From positions 241,893,198 to 241,957,197 of the forward strand of contig NC_133622.1 in NCBI RefSeq assembly GCF_048593235.1: a stretch of 64,000 bases of DNA, written 5' to 3'. Numbering within the stretch: the first letter of the stretch is position 1; each line of letters starts with the position of its first letter. This DNA is from Sminthopsis crassicaudata. Taxonomy: Eukaryota. Below the pieces are notes generated by a model. The model had not been told where the DNA came from and made no database searches. It saw nothing but the letters and a program-made list of their open reading frames with translations. This document shows positions 63,074 through 64,000 of the stretch, piece after piece. Position numbers and translations under genes: made by a program.

Positions 63074-64000
63074 GGGGGCGGAGCCAAGATGGCGGAGAGG
63101 AAACACACGACTCAGTGAACGTCCTCACTCCCTCACAACCAATTAGATAAATTAAGTCTCAAAATTAGCTCAGGACTGATAGATACCACAAGGACTGGAA
63201 GCACGACTTACCAGCTGAAGAGAATCTGGAGTTTCAACAGGAAAGGTCAGTTCTCAGGGGAGGAATAAGAAAGACCAGCACAGACGGTGGGGTAGGGGCA
63301 CACTGCGCCCATTGCGCTGGGAAGGGCTCTGGGATCAGAGAAGCCACTGAGGTAAAGGAATCTGGCACAGGCTGTTAGCTCTTCTCTGCTAATTATTTAG
63401 CAGTTCAGAAGAGAAAGCCAAAATATTTTAAAACTCAGATTAGATTTTCCCCGATCCTGGGGGTGACTCGGCACCAGGGGGTGTGGCCTCAGCTACCTCC
63501 TGAGAATAGTTAAGAGACTGACAAGTGGGTGGATACGGCCCAAGGCAACACACACTGCCTAGCTTAGCTGGAGGGAGTGGAACTCAGCTCCAGGAAGTCC
63601 CAGAGAAGCGGAACCTTTGAACTAGGGACCGCGGTTTCTGGCAGACACTTCCAGTTTGAGCGCAGGGGCTTCTTACGTCACCTGCTGCAGACACCCACTC
63701 CCCACCCTGACACATAGCCTGGGCTTCCTGCAGTCTTCACTATTCTACGCCCTCGAAGCACAGCAGTGCTAATCACCTCTGAGGCACTCCCAGGGAGAGG
63801 GTGGGGAACTCTCTCCCAGAGCTCTCTCTTAGCTCAGGCTCAGGAGCCGCTGCATCCATCCCGTCTGGGAGGAAGCTGGTAAAGAAGTAAATAATTTCCT
63901 ACCCCAGAGACAGACCCCAAAAGATTTTTTTTAAGTATGAACAAAAAAGCTAGAAAAACCATAGATTCCTTCTATACAGAGAAAGAGCGGGTGTCCAACC
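63074..64000 (+). mobile_element. Young L1: complete 5'UTR and ORF1 start (ATG 63937), continuing beyond the window
   Basis: GGGGGCGGAGCCAAGATGGCGG start, many intact CpGs, open MNKKARKTIDSFYTEKERVSN at the window end. Confidence 0.9.

Noticed and set aside
1-64000. CRISPR arrays, rRNA, tRNA or prokaryotic-type systems
   Set aside because: None seen; the tRNA-like boxes belong to SINE heads and the tandem repeats are simple microsatellites.

Overview
AT-rich marsupial genomic DNA containing part of an olfactory receptor (OR) cluster. The L1 3' ends and MAR1/WSINE-type SINEs look dasyurid, possibly Tasmanian devil; the species is an inference. There are six short assembly gaps. Five open single-exon class II OR reading frames of the OR10AG1-like group are present: 405-1328 +, 13514-14449 +, 27431-28354 +, 47027-47962 +, 56540-57463 -. 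There is also one decayed OR pseudogene (29456-30828) and a 54-bp stub of its duplicate (2466-2519). The ORs sit in old tandem duplication units. Four of them carry a recognisably homologous upstream module: homeodomain site(s), an O/E-like site, then a 40-75 nt non-coding micro-exon ending in AAAG|GTAAGT, 3.4-4.9 kb from the CDS. The rest is nested L1/HAL1-like elements, solo LTRs (two with clean 6-bp TSDs), SINEs, microsatellites and one retrocopied mRNA 3' end. I found no evidence for a wholly new biological system. The best leads are a compensated double frameshift that removes Cys169 from an otherwise open OR, the conserved promoter/micro-exon module (with a possible spliced N-terminal extension of one OR), a 45-bp telomere-repeat insertion with a 7-bp TSD, a promoterless OR exon 1.1 kb behind another OR, and an unidentified retrocopy. 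All alignments were done by eye; TE boundaries without TSDs are approximate.
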